Origin: Staphylococcus phage vB_SurM-PSU4
DNA length: 64,000 nucleotides
Strand: one strand, 5' to 3'
Sequence record: OL436245.1
The notes below the pieces were generated by a model, which saw only the letters and a program-made list of their open reading frames with translations, was not told the DNA's origin and did no database searches. Below are positions 20,337 to 29,995 of this stretch, one piece after another (within the stretch, counting starts at the first letter, position 1; the number at the start of each line of letters is the position of its first letter). A program made the position numbers and the translations under genes.

Positions 20337-22319
20337 ATGGCATTTGAATTTAATAGCTTAACTGAAAAGCAATATTTATCTGATATGACTAAGGAAGTAA
20401 ATAAGGTAGGAGAATACCTAAAGAATGAACTAACTAAAGAAGATGTAGAGACCGTAGATTCTCCTGACTTTGAAGATATTTTAAAATATATAAATGTAAC
20501 AGGAAATTATTATGTAACAACCTCTAAAAACCAACCTAAAGATTCAAATTGGAATGGTTTTGTTTTCTTTGAAAAGAGAAATAATAACTCCTACAAAATA
20601 TATTTTAATCCTTATAATAATGAAAACTTATATTTAAGAACCTACCGTAATGGAGTACTATCTGATTGGAAAAAGTTTGTATTGGACGAAGAAACAAATA
20701 ATTGGCAAAAATATAAATTTACCAATGAACAAGGTCAATATACTACACAAGAAGATATAGATATTAGAGAATTAAATAATAGTAAAACAATATATGTTAA
20801 GAACTTAGTAGACCCTCCAAAACCTGAAATGAATGAAGGATGGTTAGAGACAAAAGTTCATGAGAATGGTAATACAAGTATCACAACATTCAATCCTGTT
20901 AATTCTACTACAACATATACAAAAATGCAAAAAAGAGCTAGGGAAGTACAAAACCCTAACTTAATTAAAGATGCTTTATTTACAAAAATACCTCAGAGGT
21001 ACACAGAAGAAACAGTAGATAAAGCTTGGAGCTCTCAAATAATTGGTGTATCAAGAGGCATAGATTTTGATACAGGAGTTAAATTTCAAGGTCAAAAAAC
21101 AGTAGGTATTTCGGATACTACTTCATATAATCATCCATTAATAAGAAGTAATTATTTAGAAGTAGGTAAAGATGTTAAAGTGGGAGACGAAATTACGTTC
21201 TCTTCTTACGTTATGGTTGATAATGTAGATGCTATGAAAGATAACTGGGTTTATATACAAATTGCTAAATATGATAGTATAAATTCAGACATAAATAATC
21301 AAATAGGTAGTGCTACAACGGTTAATGGAACTAATGCTATAGAAATAATTAAACCAGGTGAGTGGGTAAGAATAACCAATACACAAACAGTTCCTTCAGG
21401 AGTTAAGTACATTACAGGTAACTTAAGAGGGAATTTAACTAGAACAGCCCCATCAAACAGTTGGACAGCTTATTTCGCACTACCTAAATTGGAAAAGGGA
21501 GATAAAGTTACCCCATTTATTACACATGTAGATGATAAGAAACAATTTGATGAAATCTATACAAATTGGTTAGAAAACCCTGATGAACAATCTATATTAA
21601 ATAACTACCCAACAGATATTAACAATGATAACTATTTCAAATATACGTTTTGGAAGAACGAAGTAGGAAATATGACTTTACAAGATTTAATACAAACACT
21701 ACCTCAAGGTTTCCATACTTTTTACGCTCAAGGTGGTATAGAAGGGACTCCAAAAGGTAATTCTGTAAGAGGGACAGTTCAAGTAGATAATGATAATGGA
21801 GATACAAAATCAGGTCGTAAGTTTATTAATGCACAATTTACAGATTACGATGGGTTAAACTATAATTTGTATTACGATGATAATAGATTCAGTGAAGCAG
21901 ACAGTCAAGAAGGGTGGTCTCCTTTAAGAAAGACAGAACAAGCAACATACTTGTGGGATGGTACCCTAGACTTAGGAGAAATAGGAGCTAAAGTTAAATT
22001 ATCTGATAGTATACACAATTATGAGTTTTTAGATGTAACTTATTATACAAATGCAGCAGGGCATCTTGCTACTAGAAGAGTTAGAGTTTCTCCTGATTTC
22101 TCTGAATACTATTATATAAGAGACTTTAACTTAAGTAATAGTTCTACAGGAACAGGATTCGGTGCTTTCGAGGGCTATTTTATTGTATCTAATGATAATC
22201 CTATAGAGGCTGTATCTGGAATGTCTAAAAATTTAAGTGTTACAGATAAAAAAGTAAATAGATTTAATGAAAAAGGTGATATATCAATAAAACGTATAAC
22301 AGGAATTAATACATTGTAG
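20337..22319 (+). CDS. Receptor-binding protein 1 (tail fibre), 660 aa
   Basis: The N-terminus MAFEFNSLTEKQ is paralogous to the 466-aa protein at 22747. Both also share a QGG-containing C-terminal segment (FYAQGGIEGTPKGNSVRG vs FYCQGGVDKSPAGKYSSRG). Confidence 0.6.
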   Translation: MAFEFNSLTEKQYLSDMTKEVNKVGEYLKNELTKEDVETVDSPDFEDILKYINVTGNYYVTTSKNQPKDSNWNGFVFFEKRNNNSYKIYFNPYNNENLYLRTYRNGVLSDWKKFVLDEETNNWQKYKFTNEQGQYTTQEDIDIRELNNSKTIYVKNLVDPPKPEMNEGWLETKVHENGNTSITTFNPVNSTTTYTKMQKRAREVQNPNLIKDALFTKIPQRYTEETVDKAWSSQIIGVSRGIDFDTGVKFQGQKTVGISDTTSYNHPLIRSNYLEVGKDVKVGDEITFSSYVMVDNVDAMKDNWVYIQIAKYDSINSDINNQIGSATTVNGTNAIEIIKPGEWVRITNTQTVPSGVKYITGNLRGNLTRTAPSNSWTAYFALPKLEKGDKVTPFITHVDDKKQFDEIYTNWLENPDEQSILNNYPTDINNDNYFKYTFWKNEVGNMTLQDLIQTLPQGFHTFYAQGGIEGTPKGNSVRGTVQVDNDNGDTKSGRKFINAQFTDYDGLNYNLYYDDNRFSEADSQEGWSPLRKTEQATYLWDGTLDLGEIGAKVKLSDSIHNYEFLDVTYYTNAAGHLATRRVRVSPDFSEYYYIRDFNLSNSSTGTGFGAFEGYFIVSNDNPIEAVSGMSKNLSVTDKKVNRFNEKGDISIKRITGINTL

Positions 22320-22333
22320 AAAAGGAGAGATTT

Positions 22334-22747
22334 ATGATGACTAAAACAATTGAACCTAGTTTTAGAAATGTAGACTATAGAAATAATGATAATATAACCT
22401 TAAACGTTGATACTGAAACAGGGATTATTACAGGGTATACAACATTCGGAGGTATAACAGGAGAAGATGACCCTAGAAGTTTTTACTTTGAAAATGCAAG
22501 CCTACTTTTACCCGATAATTTCTTTAAAGACTATGATACAGATAGGTTTGTTTTACTTACAGAACCTTACGAGGTTAGAGAAAATACCGAATATGGGGAA
22601 ATTGTAAAACGTAGAGAAGAAGAACAACGTAAAAGAGAAGAACAACAACAACAAGTTGAAACAGTATCTAGAGAAGAATATGATAAATTAGCTAAAGAAT
22701 TAGAAGAACTTAAAAAATTAATATTAGGTAAGGGAGAATCTAAATAA
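22334..22747 (+). CDS. Small protein between the RBP genes, with a Glu/Lys/Gln-rich coiled coil (possible fibre assembly chaperone)
   Basis: AAAGGAGAG RBS. C-terminus is RREEEQRKREEQQQQ...ELEELKKLI. Confidence 0.5.
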   Translation: MMTKTIEPSFRNVDYRNNDNITLNVDTETGIITGYTTFGGITGEDDPRSFYFENASLLLPDNFFKDYDTDRFVLLTEPYEVRENTEYGEIVKRREEEQRKREEQQQQVETVSREEYDKLAKELEELKKLILGKGESK

Positions 22748-24147
22748 TGGCTGTAGAATTTAACAGAATAACAGAAACTGATACCTTCCTTAAATACACA
22801 GAAGAACTTAATAAAATAGGTGGGGAGTTGTCTAAATCAGGCAATATCTTCACCCAAGTTAATGACTTAAAATCTTCTTTAGGAAACTCACAAAGATACA
22901 AACTAACAACAGATACAGGATTAGCTTTAAGCAAGACAATAAGATACTTGTCAGACTTAACTCAAGCAGGTACTTATTATGTGACAGCATCTGTATTAGC
23001 AACATTACCAGATAAACCTAAATCTCTAATTACAAGTGATTCTATTATAGAAATAAAACCTACAAGAAGAGAAGCTGAAGTTATTCAGCAAATCACAACA
23101 TTAGGTAAAAACTTAGAAGATGGTAAAGTTGTTTATAGGTTTATTACACAAGAAGGTAACTCAGAGTGGGTATACTTTAATGCGTTATCTAATAATAGAT
23201 ATTTTAGTAAGTCTTTAGACTTATCAAATACAGCTGAACCTGGTACTTATTTCTTAACAAATAATAGTACTGGTTTACCTGAAGAAATTAAAAATCCTGA
23301 AGGTGTTGTTAAAATATTTGTAGATAACAATAATAATAAATACTATGAATATTATAATAATGAATTAGGAATGTTCTATACAGGGTATAAAACTTCATCT
23401 CAATCATCAATAGGTTGGAAGACAAATAAAACAGATGCAAGTGAAATACAGAACCTCTTATTAGGGGATGTAGGTGTTACAGAGACAGGTAAAGAGTATT
23501 CAAACTTTGGTCTATTTGTTTATAAGTCAGATAATATTGATTGGGAAACAGCAGTATTAAATAAGTTAAAAACAGGTAAAACAATGTTTACCTTCTATTG
23601 TCAAGGTGGTGTAGATAAATCACCTGCTGGTAAGTATAGTAGCCGAGGAATGGTAATTTCTGATACACCAGAAGGTGGTTACGGTATTTATTACGCAATT
23701 ACCAATGGTGGGAGATTATTTACAGGAGCTATAAGTAGTTCCACTTTCACCCCTCCAAATACTACACCAAGTGGAAATGTCCTATGGCAAGGTGCTTTAA
23801 ACTTTAAAACAGTTAATAAAACTCAAAAAATGAGAGACACAATTAATAATTATGAATATGTTGAAGTATATACTAAAATGAGAACCTTTAAAGAAACTAA
23901 AGGAAAAGACCTTATTCAAAATATAGCACATAAATTCTATAGAGATGGAGAAACTTATTTTGTATGTACAGGCTCTATACTAGGTGGAGAGTTTGATGGA
24001 AGTAAAAATGTTCCTTCTCAAGATGTATACAGAGTAAGTTTAGAGTTTAAAGGAGATACCTTCCAACTTAAAGATAGTGCAATAAATAGTGATAAAACTC
24101 AATATGTAACCAGAATCATTGGTTATAATATGATAGATGCCTTTTAA
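22747..24147 (+). CDS. Receptor-binding protein 2, 466 aa
   Basis: Its N-terminus MAVEFNRITETD parallels the protein at 20337. Start overlaps the previous stop by one base (TAATG). Confidence 0.6.
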   Translation: MAVEFNRITETDTFLKYTEELNKIGGELSKSGNIFTQVNDLKSSLGNSQRYKLTTDTGLALSKTIRYLSDLTQAGTYYVTASVLATLPDKPKSLITSDSIIEIKPTRREAEVIQQITTLGKNLEDGKVVYRFITQEGNSEWVYFNALSNNRYFSKSLDLSNTAEPGTYFLTNNSTGLPEEIKNPEGVVKIFVDNNNNKYYEYYNNELGMFYTGYKTSSQSSIGWKTNKTDASEIQNLLLGDVGVTETGKEYSNFGLFVYKSDNIDWETAVLNKLKTGKTMFTFYCQGGVDKSPAGKYSSRGMVISDTPEGGYGIYYAITNGGRLFTGAISSSTFTPPNTTPSGNVLWQGALNFKTVNKTQKMRDTINNYEYVEVYTKMRTFKETKGKDLIQNIAHKFYRDGETYFVCTGSILGGEFDGSKNVPSQDVYRVSLEFKGDTFQLKDSAINSDKTQYVTRIIGYNMIDAF

Positions 24148-24165
24148 TAAAGGGCATCTTTTTTT
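24135..24165 (+). terminator. Rho-independent terminator closing the structural block
   Basis: agatgcctttt / aaagggcatct hairpin with one bulged base, followed by a 7-T run. Confidence 0.55.
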
Positions 24166-24192
24166 GACTTAATTTAACTTATATGGTATAAT
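24164..24192 (+). promoter_or_regulatory. Strong sigma-A-type promoter TTGACT-17-TGgTATAAT
   Basis: Consensus -35 at 24164-24169 and extended -10 at 24184-24192 with exact 17-bp spacing. Sits directly upstream of the helicase gene. Confidence 0.6.
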
Positions 24193-24229
24193 AAATACAT
24201 GGTGGGTATGAATATTGAAAGGAGAACAA

Positions 24230-25975
24230 ATGAAATTATATTTGCAAAATATTTATACTTACGTGGAATTTGGTGGTAACGAAGAAACGTTAAGGGAGGT
24301 TTTTAGGAAGAGGGTGCATACACATATAGGTGTAAGAGCACAAGGTTATCAATTTGTTAAAGCATTTAAACTTAAGAAATGGGATGGATATACAGACTTC
24401 TATGAATTCGATAAAGATAGATTTCCTAGTGGGCTTTTAGAACAAGTAAAAGAATTATTATACGATTTACAGAATAGGTATACATTCCAATTTGATGTTG
24501 TAGATGAAAGAAGTGAAGCTTTCTTAGAACCAGAAGATATAACTAAAGAAATAAAGTTATTAGATAACAAGATAGGAACAATTACGCTAAGAGATTATCA
24601 ACAAGAAGCTGTAGAGGAATCTCTAGTTAAGTATGATGGGCTTGTAAATATAGCGACTAATGGTGGAAAAACAGAAATCGCTAGTGGTATTATACAAGAA
24701 CTTCTACCTTACTTAGAAAAAGGAGAAACGATTGCTTTCTTCACACATAGTAAAGAGATATTCCATCAAACAGCAGATAGAATGAAAGAGAGACTAAACA
24801 TTCCTATAGGTAAAATAGGTGCAGGTTCATTTGATATAAAACAAGTAAACGTGGTAATGATACCTACAGTTAATGCAAACCTTAAAGACCCTAGCGAGGG
24901 TGTAACTTTAACTCAGAAACAAATGATATATAAGAAAGTTTCTTTACATGTATTACCTAAACTATCTACAACACCTAACAAAAGAACAATGTTATTCTTA
25001 ATGTTAGAACAAATGAAAGTTAAAACAAAAGCAGACCAAGCATTTAAAGAAGAACTAACTAAAATATATCAAGAACATAAATCAGATTCAGAATTAATGA
25101 TGAAATTAAATACGTATAATGTTAAGTATCAAGAAATCCTTAGAAAGAAAAATGAAAAGAAGTATGATAAGTACTACAAGATGAAAGACTTCTTACAGAG
25201 TATTGTATGTTTCATTGGTGATGAATTCCATCATGCTAAATCTGATACTTGGTATACAAGTTTATTACAATGTGAAAATGCTTTATACAAAATAGGACTA
25301 ACAGGTTCTATTGACCACAGTGACCCTCTAACAGTACAGAGATTAAAAGCGATATGTGGAGAAATACTTATTAAAGTATCTAATGATTATCTAATAGAAA
25401 GAGGAATATCAGCTAGACCAACAATCAATTCAATACCTATAGCTAACCCAACTGACTTAGAGGAAGAAAATCAATACCAAGTAGCATATGATAAAGGTAT
25501 TGTGAATAATGAATTTAGAAATACATTAGTTGCAAAAATAACAGAAAAGTGTTATCATGATAATAAAGGTATTTTAATTATTGTTAATTTCTTACAACAT
25601 GGTAATAATATATCGGAATTACTAGAAAGTTATGATATTCCTCATGAATTTATTTACGGTGATTTAGAAACAGATAAACGTAAACAGTATTTATCTGATA
25701 TGAAGTCAGGTAAACTTAAAGTTCTTATTGCTACTTCACTTATAGATGAAGGTGTGGATATTTCTGGAATTAATACTTTAATTATTGCAGCAGGAGGAAA
25801 ATCCTTAAGACAGGTATTACAAAGAATAGGTCGTGCTTTAAGACGTAAAGAAGAAGACAATACAACACAAATATATGACTTTATAGATATGACTAATAAA
25901 TTCCTCTATAAACATTATTTAGAGAGAAGAAGTATTTATGATAACGAAAACTTTGAAGTAAGAGAAATAAAATAG
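24230..25975 (+). CDS. SF2 (DExH) helicase
   Basis: ATG 5 nt after AAAGGAG; the TTG at 24215 in the ORF track is in frame upstream. Motif I NGGKTE, motif II GDEFHH, motif VI QRIGRALRR. Confidence 0.8.
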   Translation: MKLYLQNIYTYVEFGGNEETLREVFRKRVHTHIGVRAQGYQFVKAFKLKKWDGYTDFYEFDKDRFPSGLLEQVKELLYDLQNRYTFQFDVVDERSEAFLEPEDITKEIKLLDNKIGTITLRDYQQEAVEESLVKYDGLVNIATNGGKTEIASGIIQELLPYLEKGETIAFFTHSKEIFHQTADRMKERLNIPIGKIGAGSFDIKQVNVVMIPTVNANLKDPSEGVTLTQKQMIYKKVSLHVLPKLSTTPNKRTMLFLMLEQMKVKTKADQAFKEELTKIYQEHKSDSELMMKLNTYNVKYQEILRKKNEKKYDKYYKMKDFLQSIVCFIGDEFHHAKSDTWYTSLLQCENALYKIGLTGSIDHSDPLTVQRLKAICGEILIKVSNDYLIERGISARPTINSIPIANPTDLEEENQYQVAYDKGIVNNEFRNTLVAKITEKCYHDNKGILIIVNFLQHGNNISELLESYDIPHEFIYGDLETDKRKQYLSDMKSGKLKVLIATSLIDEGVDISGINTLIIAAGGKSLRQVLQRIGRALRRKEEDNTTQIYDFIDMTNKFLYKHYLERRSIYDNENFEVREIK

Positions 25976-25991
25976 AAAGTGGTGGGTTAAT

Positions 25992-27536
25992 GTGGATAAG
26001 CAAGAAGTACTTAAATATTTAAAAGAAAACAGTAAGCAAAGATTATTTAATATAAGAACTAAGAAATTACTAGCTGAAAAATTAAGTATCTCTATACCTA
26101 TATTAAATAGTAGACTAAAACAACTAGAAGAAGAGAATAAGATTAAAGTAGAAAAGAAGAAACAAGGTTTAGATATTATTATTAATACAGAAGTAGACCT
26201 TCAATATTTTCTCAATACTAATGAAAATATTATCGAATCTGATAGTGATTATGCAAAAGACTTGAGGTCTAGGGTATTTTACAGAAAAGAGAATAAGAGA
26301 ACACCTAAAGAACAAGTTGTCTTTGATTCGATTACAGATGAGGAAAGAAAAATAATTCAAGAAATGAACTTTAGAATGAGATATAGTAGATTTCCAACCA
26401 AAGAAGTCTTTGAAGTATCCTCTGACCCAGAGAAACATTTTAAGACTTATATACTCTCGAAAATATATGATAAACTTTGTACAATACACTTAAAGGTTAG
26501 AAAAAGAAAGTTTAAAGAACAAACAGAGAAAGCAATTAAGAATAATGAATCACCAGAATACATTTCTTCTTTAGAAGCTAAATCTAATTATTATGCAAAA
26601 CAAGTTGTTAAGTACGAAAGACAACAAACTCTTAATGATGATTTCTTTGGTAACACAACTTATGGTTATTTCCTATACCTGTATCATCTATCTTATGAAA
26701 TAGATATAATTAAATTTATGATAAATGTATTTAGTACACATAGTTTTATGTTTGAGCAAGGTAAAGAAGATAAACCTGTACCTCAACCTGTAGAGTTTAC
26801 AGAACAAAGAAAGATAGATAATTATTATAAATATCTGGATGCAATTAGAAATCGTATGAATAGTGATAATAGACAACTCACTAACTACACACAACGAATG
26901 AATAGTGAAGTTGAATATAATGAAGATACAATCTTACAACAATTAAAGCTATTATTAATTAAAGACTATCATCATTTAACTTATGATATTAATACAGTAT
27001 TTAATGTAGCTATGGATTTAGAAGATTATCAAATGGGTTTAATCGAGCAGAAACAACAACACTTACTTAATTATTACCAAACGTTCAAAGAAGAAATAAA
27101 ACAATTTGAACAAGAGGACAAAGAAAAGATAGATAGGTTTGTTAAGCTACTAATTATAGATAGTTATGCACCTAAAACAATTACTAATACTTATAGATTA
27201 TCTATGTTCCCTCTACAAAGAATGTATTTAATTGATTTAATTCTTTCAGAACAAACTAGAGCTTTATCTGTAGCACATCTAAGAAGGATAGGATTAATCC
27301 GACCTCTTAATAACAACGTCTTAGAGATTGAAGGTTTGACTGATACTGAAGCAGATATACGATTAGGAGCAGACTTTGTAAATGCACATAATGATATTAT
27401 AGACTATAATACTTTAAGGATGTTTGGTTACTACACAGGGTTAGATATAGATATGAGAGAAATAAAACACATACTGGAAAAATATAATAAAAAACATTTG
27501 ATTCCACTTACAAAGTATGGTATGTTAAATATATAG
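25992..27536 (+). CDS. Replication-associated DNA-binding protein with N-terminal HTH, 514 aa
   Basis: GTG start. The N-terminal LAEKLSISIPILNSRLKQLEEENKI is a winged-helix/HTH-like segment. Lies between two helicase genes. Confidence 0.5.
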   Translation: MDKQEVLKYLKENSKQRLFNIRTKKLLAEKLSISIPILNSRLKQLEEENKIKVEKKKQGLDIIINTEVDLQYFLNTNENIIESDSDYAKDLRSRVFYRKENKRTPKEQVVFDSITDEERKIIQEMNFRMRYSRFPTKEVFEVSSDPEKHFKTYILSKIYDKLCTIHLKVRKRKFKEQTEKAIKNNESPEYISSLEAKSNYYAKQVVKYERQQTLNDDFFGNTTYGYFLYLYHLSYEIDIIKFMINVFSTHSFMFEQGKEDKPVPQPVEFTEQRKIDNYYKYLDAIRNRMNSDNRQLTNYTQRMNSEVEYNEDTILQQLKLLLIKDYHHLTYDINTVFNVAMDLEDYQMGLIEQKQQHLLNYYQTFKEEIKQFEQEDKEKIDRFVKLLIIDSYAPKTITNTYRLSMFPLQRMYLIDLILSEQTRALSVAHLRRIGLIRPLNNNVLEIEGLTDTEADIRLGADFVNAHNDIIDYNTLRMFGYYTGLDIDMREIKHILEKYNKKHLIPLTKYGMLNI

Positions 27537-27551
27537 GAAAGGAGTACTAAG

Positions 27552-28997
27552 ATGAGTAAAACGATTAAAGATTCTATCTTAAGTAAATCTATTAAAGATA
27601 TTGGGTTTGCGAAGGATGTTCTTACAACTTTACCTGGTAAGCTATTTACAGATAATGATAATATGAGTACAATATTTACAGTTCTTAAAAGAAATGCTGT
27701 GACTAACTCTGAACCATTATCTCAGCAAGCATTATCAGCTAAGATTGAAGAACTATTAGATAGAAGTAAAAAAGACCCTGAAGAAGTAACACAAACAATC
27801 CAATATTTAGATGGCTTATATAATGTTGAAGTAGATAGTCAAGATAAAGGATTAAATAAAGAGATAGAGAGATATGTTAAAACAGAATTATCTAAAAATG
27901 CTCTAGCTAAATTCTTATCTGAAAACAAACAAGAAGATTCAGAGAACTTGAATGAACTTATAGATGAGTTAAAACAAATAGACATTAAAGATATAGCAGG
28001 AACAAATGGTTCTTTTATTGACTTCTTTAATGATGTAGATAAAAAACGTGAACTATTAAATACAATCAATCAAAATAAATTCTCTACAGGTTATCATGCT
28101 TTAGATAGAGAAATCGAAGGTGGGATTGCAAGAGGGGAAGTTGGAGTATTCATTGCACCTACAGGTAAAGGTAAATCTTTCTTTGCTTCTAACTTAGCAA
28201 GAAATTATGTTAAGCAAGGACTTAATGTTTTATATGTAGCATTAGAGGAATTAGAAAACAGATTAGTACTAAGAGCAGAGCAACAATTTGCTGGTATAGA
28301 TAAGAAGACTTTAATGAACTCTGAGATGCAACTGAACGAAGACTTATTTGAAGGTATCCAAAGTATTTATAAAAGAGATGGACATATGTTTGGTGATTAT
28401 TATATTGCTAAATACCAACCTAATGAACTTTCAATTGGTAACTTGGAACAATTGATTATAGATACAACGATTAAAAAAGGTAAAAATATAGATGTAGTTG
28501 TAATTGACTATCCTAAACTTATGAGAAACCAATTTGATAGATACTATGATATAAGTGAGTCAGGTGGTAAGATGTTTGAAGAAATACGAAGTCTAGCACA
28601 GAAATATGATTTTGTATGTTGGACACTAGCTCAAACAAATAGAACTGCATATAGTGCAGAAGTAATTACAAGTGAACATGTAGAAGGTTCTAGGAAAATA
28701 CTTAACACTGTAGAAGTAGCTTTAGTTCTTAACCAAACAAGTGAGGAATTTAAATCTGGATTTATGAGACTTTATCTAGATAAAGTTCGTAACGGTACAA
28801 GAACAGGAGACCCATTCGTACATCTGAAAGTAGAACCAGAGAAAATGAGAATTAGAGATGAGACTGAAGATGAATTAATTGAACATAAATCCTTAATTAA
28901 TGATTCAGACAGCAAACCGAATAACAGTAAATTTGAGAAGACTGAAAATAAAAGAGAAGCTTTAAATAATAAATTCGGAGGTATGTCCATTGGATGA
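27552..28997 (+). CDS. DnaB-like replicative helicase
   Basis: Walker A GVFIAPTGKGKSF inside a RecA-like C-terminal domain. AAAGGAG RBS. Confidence 0.75.
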   Translation: MSKTIKDSILSKSIKDIGFAKDVLTTLPGKLFTDNDNMSTIFTVLKRNAVTNSEPLSQQALSAKIEELLDRSKKDPEEVTQTIQYLDGLYNVEVDSQDKGLNKEIERYVKTELSKNALAKFLSENKQEDSENLNELIDELKQIDIKDIAGTNGSFIDFFNDVDKKRELLNTINQNKFSTGYHALDREIEGGIARGEVGVFIAPTGKGKSFFASNLARNYVKQGLNVLYVALEELENRLVLRAEQQFAGIDKKTLMNSEMQLNEDLFEGIQSIYKRDGHMFGDYYIAKYQPNELSIGNLEQLIIDTTIKKGKNIDVVVIDYPKLMRNQFDRYYDISESGGKMFEEIRSLAQKYDFVCWTLAQTNRTAYSAEVITSEHVEGSRKILNTVEVALVLNQTSEEFKSGFMRLYLDKVRNGTRTGDPFVHLKVEPEKMRIRDETEDELIEHKSLINDSDSKPNNSKFEKTENKREALNNKFGGMSIG

Positions 28998-29262
28998 TTT
29001 TAAAAAGATTTATAAAAAAGCAAGACGTATATTCACAAGACACAAAGCAACATGGGAAGATAAAGGGAATATTAAAGCTTTTTATTTAAAAGGTACAAGT
29101 ATAGGAGTAATTGACTTAGATGAGTCGGCTAAACTACAAGGTAAAGAAGGGAACCCTTCAGGTTATAAATACAATGTTATGTCTGATAAAAAGCCTGCAA
29201 TACCTTGTAATTCTCTAGATGAGGTAATAGAAGCTATAGAAATAAAATTAAAAGAAAAATAA
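28990..29262 (+). CDS. Hypothetical protein, 90 aa
   Basis: ATGA overlap with the upstream stop; GGAGG RBS. Confidence 0.5.
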   Translation: MDDFKKIYKKARRIFTRHKATWEDKGNIKAFYLKGTSIGVIDLDESAKLQGKEGNPSGYKYNVMSDKKPAIPCNSLDEVIEAIEIKLKEK

Positions 29263-29265
29263 TTT

Positions 29266-29294
29266 AAACTACCTATTGACTTAGGTAGTTTTTT
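29266..29294 (+). terminator. Rho-independent terminator (9-bp perfect stem, loop attgactt, T-run)
   Basis: aaactacct / aggtagttt is a perfect inverted repeat followed by TTTTT. Confidence 0.6.
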
Positions 29295-29304
29295 ATTGTA
29301 TAAT
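29276..29304 (+). promoter_or_regulatory. Promoter TTGACT-17-TATAAT embedded in the terminator
   Basis: The -35 TTGACT is the hairpin loop (29276-29281) and the -10 TATAAT is at 29299-29304. Confidence 0.5.
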
Positions 29305-29336
29305 GATATTATAAACAAATAAAGGAGAAGTTATAT

Positions 29337-29675
29337 ATGGATATTACTTACATAAAAGAATTACCAGAGGAAAGTATCGAAAGTTTGATAGAAACATTAG
29401 AAGGTGCAATTGATATTGTACTAGACGAACAAAAAGGTGAAGAGGATGAATACAATTTAGTAAAACTAGAAATGACAATTAAAGTATTAGAAGGTATTAA
29501 AAAAGGAGAAGACTTTGTTGATACATGGTATACAGAAGGATGGGAATATGCACACTTTGTACCTAGAGTACTAGATGAAATGGGGATATTCCACTTGGAA
29601 GAAAAACTAAATAACAGTTCAGAAACAATTGTATGCACAATGTATTTAAATATTGACAATGACCAAGTATTATAG
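29337..29675 (+). CDS. Small highly acidic protein, 112 aa
   Basis: AAAGGAG RBS. The sequence is Glu/Asp-rich. Confidence 0.5.
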   Translation: MDITYIKELPEESIESLIETLEGAIDIVLDEQKGEEDEYNLVKLEMTIKVLEGIKKGEDFVDTWYTEGWEYAHFVPRVLDEMGIFHLEEKLNNSSETIVCTMYLNIDNDQVL

Positions 29676-29713
29676 TATACTTGGTTTACAAACAAAAAAA
29701 GGAGAGATTTATA

Positions 29714-29995
29714 ATGAGAAATTTTGACCCAATAATTAACTTTAGATTTTTTAATAGTAGTAAACCAGAAGGATATGTAGTATTTCTAACAAGTGAGTCA
29801 GAAAATAAAGGGATGACAATTGAAGTAGCAAGTCCAGAAGATAGAGTGTTTGAGCTTGAATATAAACCAAATACAATTATTTTAACAGATAACAATAATA
29901 AAATAACTACTTATGTAAATGATGTAGATACTTCATCTGACGAACTAGAAAAACATATACACAAACTTGTTGAAGAGGATTTGGAGGATAAATAA
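29714..29995 (+). CDS. Hypothetical protein
   Basis: The ATG at 29714 has AAAGGAGAG 5 nt upstream. The track's 29681 start lacks an RBS. Confidence 0.5.
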   Translation: MRNFDPIINFRFFNSSKPEGYVVFLTSESENKGMTIEVASPEDRVFELEYKPNTIILTDNNNKITTYVNDVDTSSDELEKHIHKLVEEDLEDK

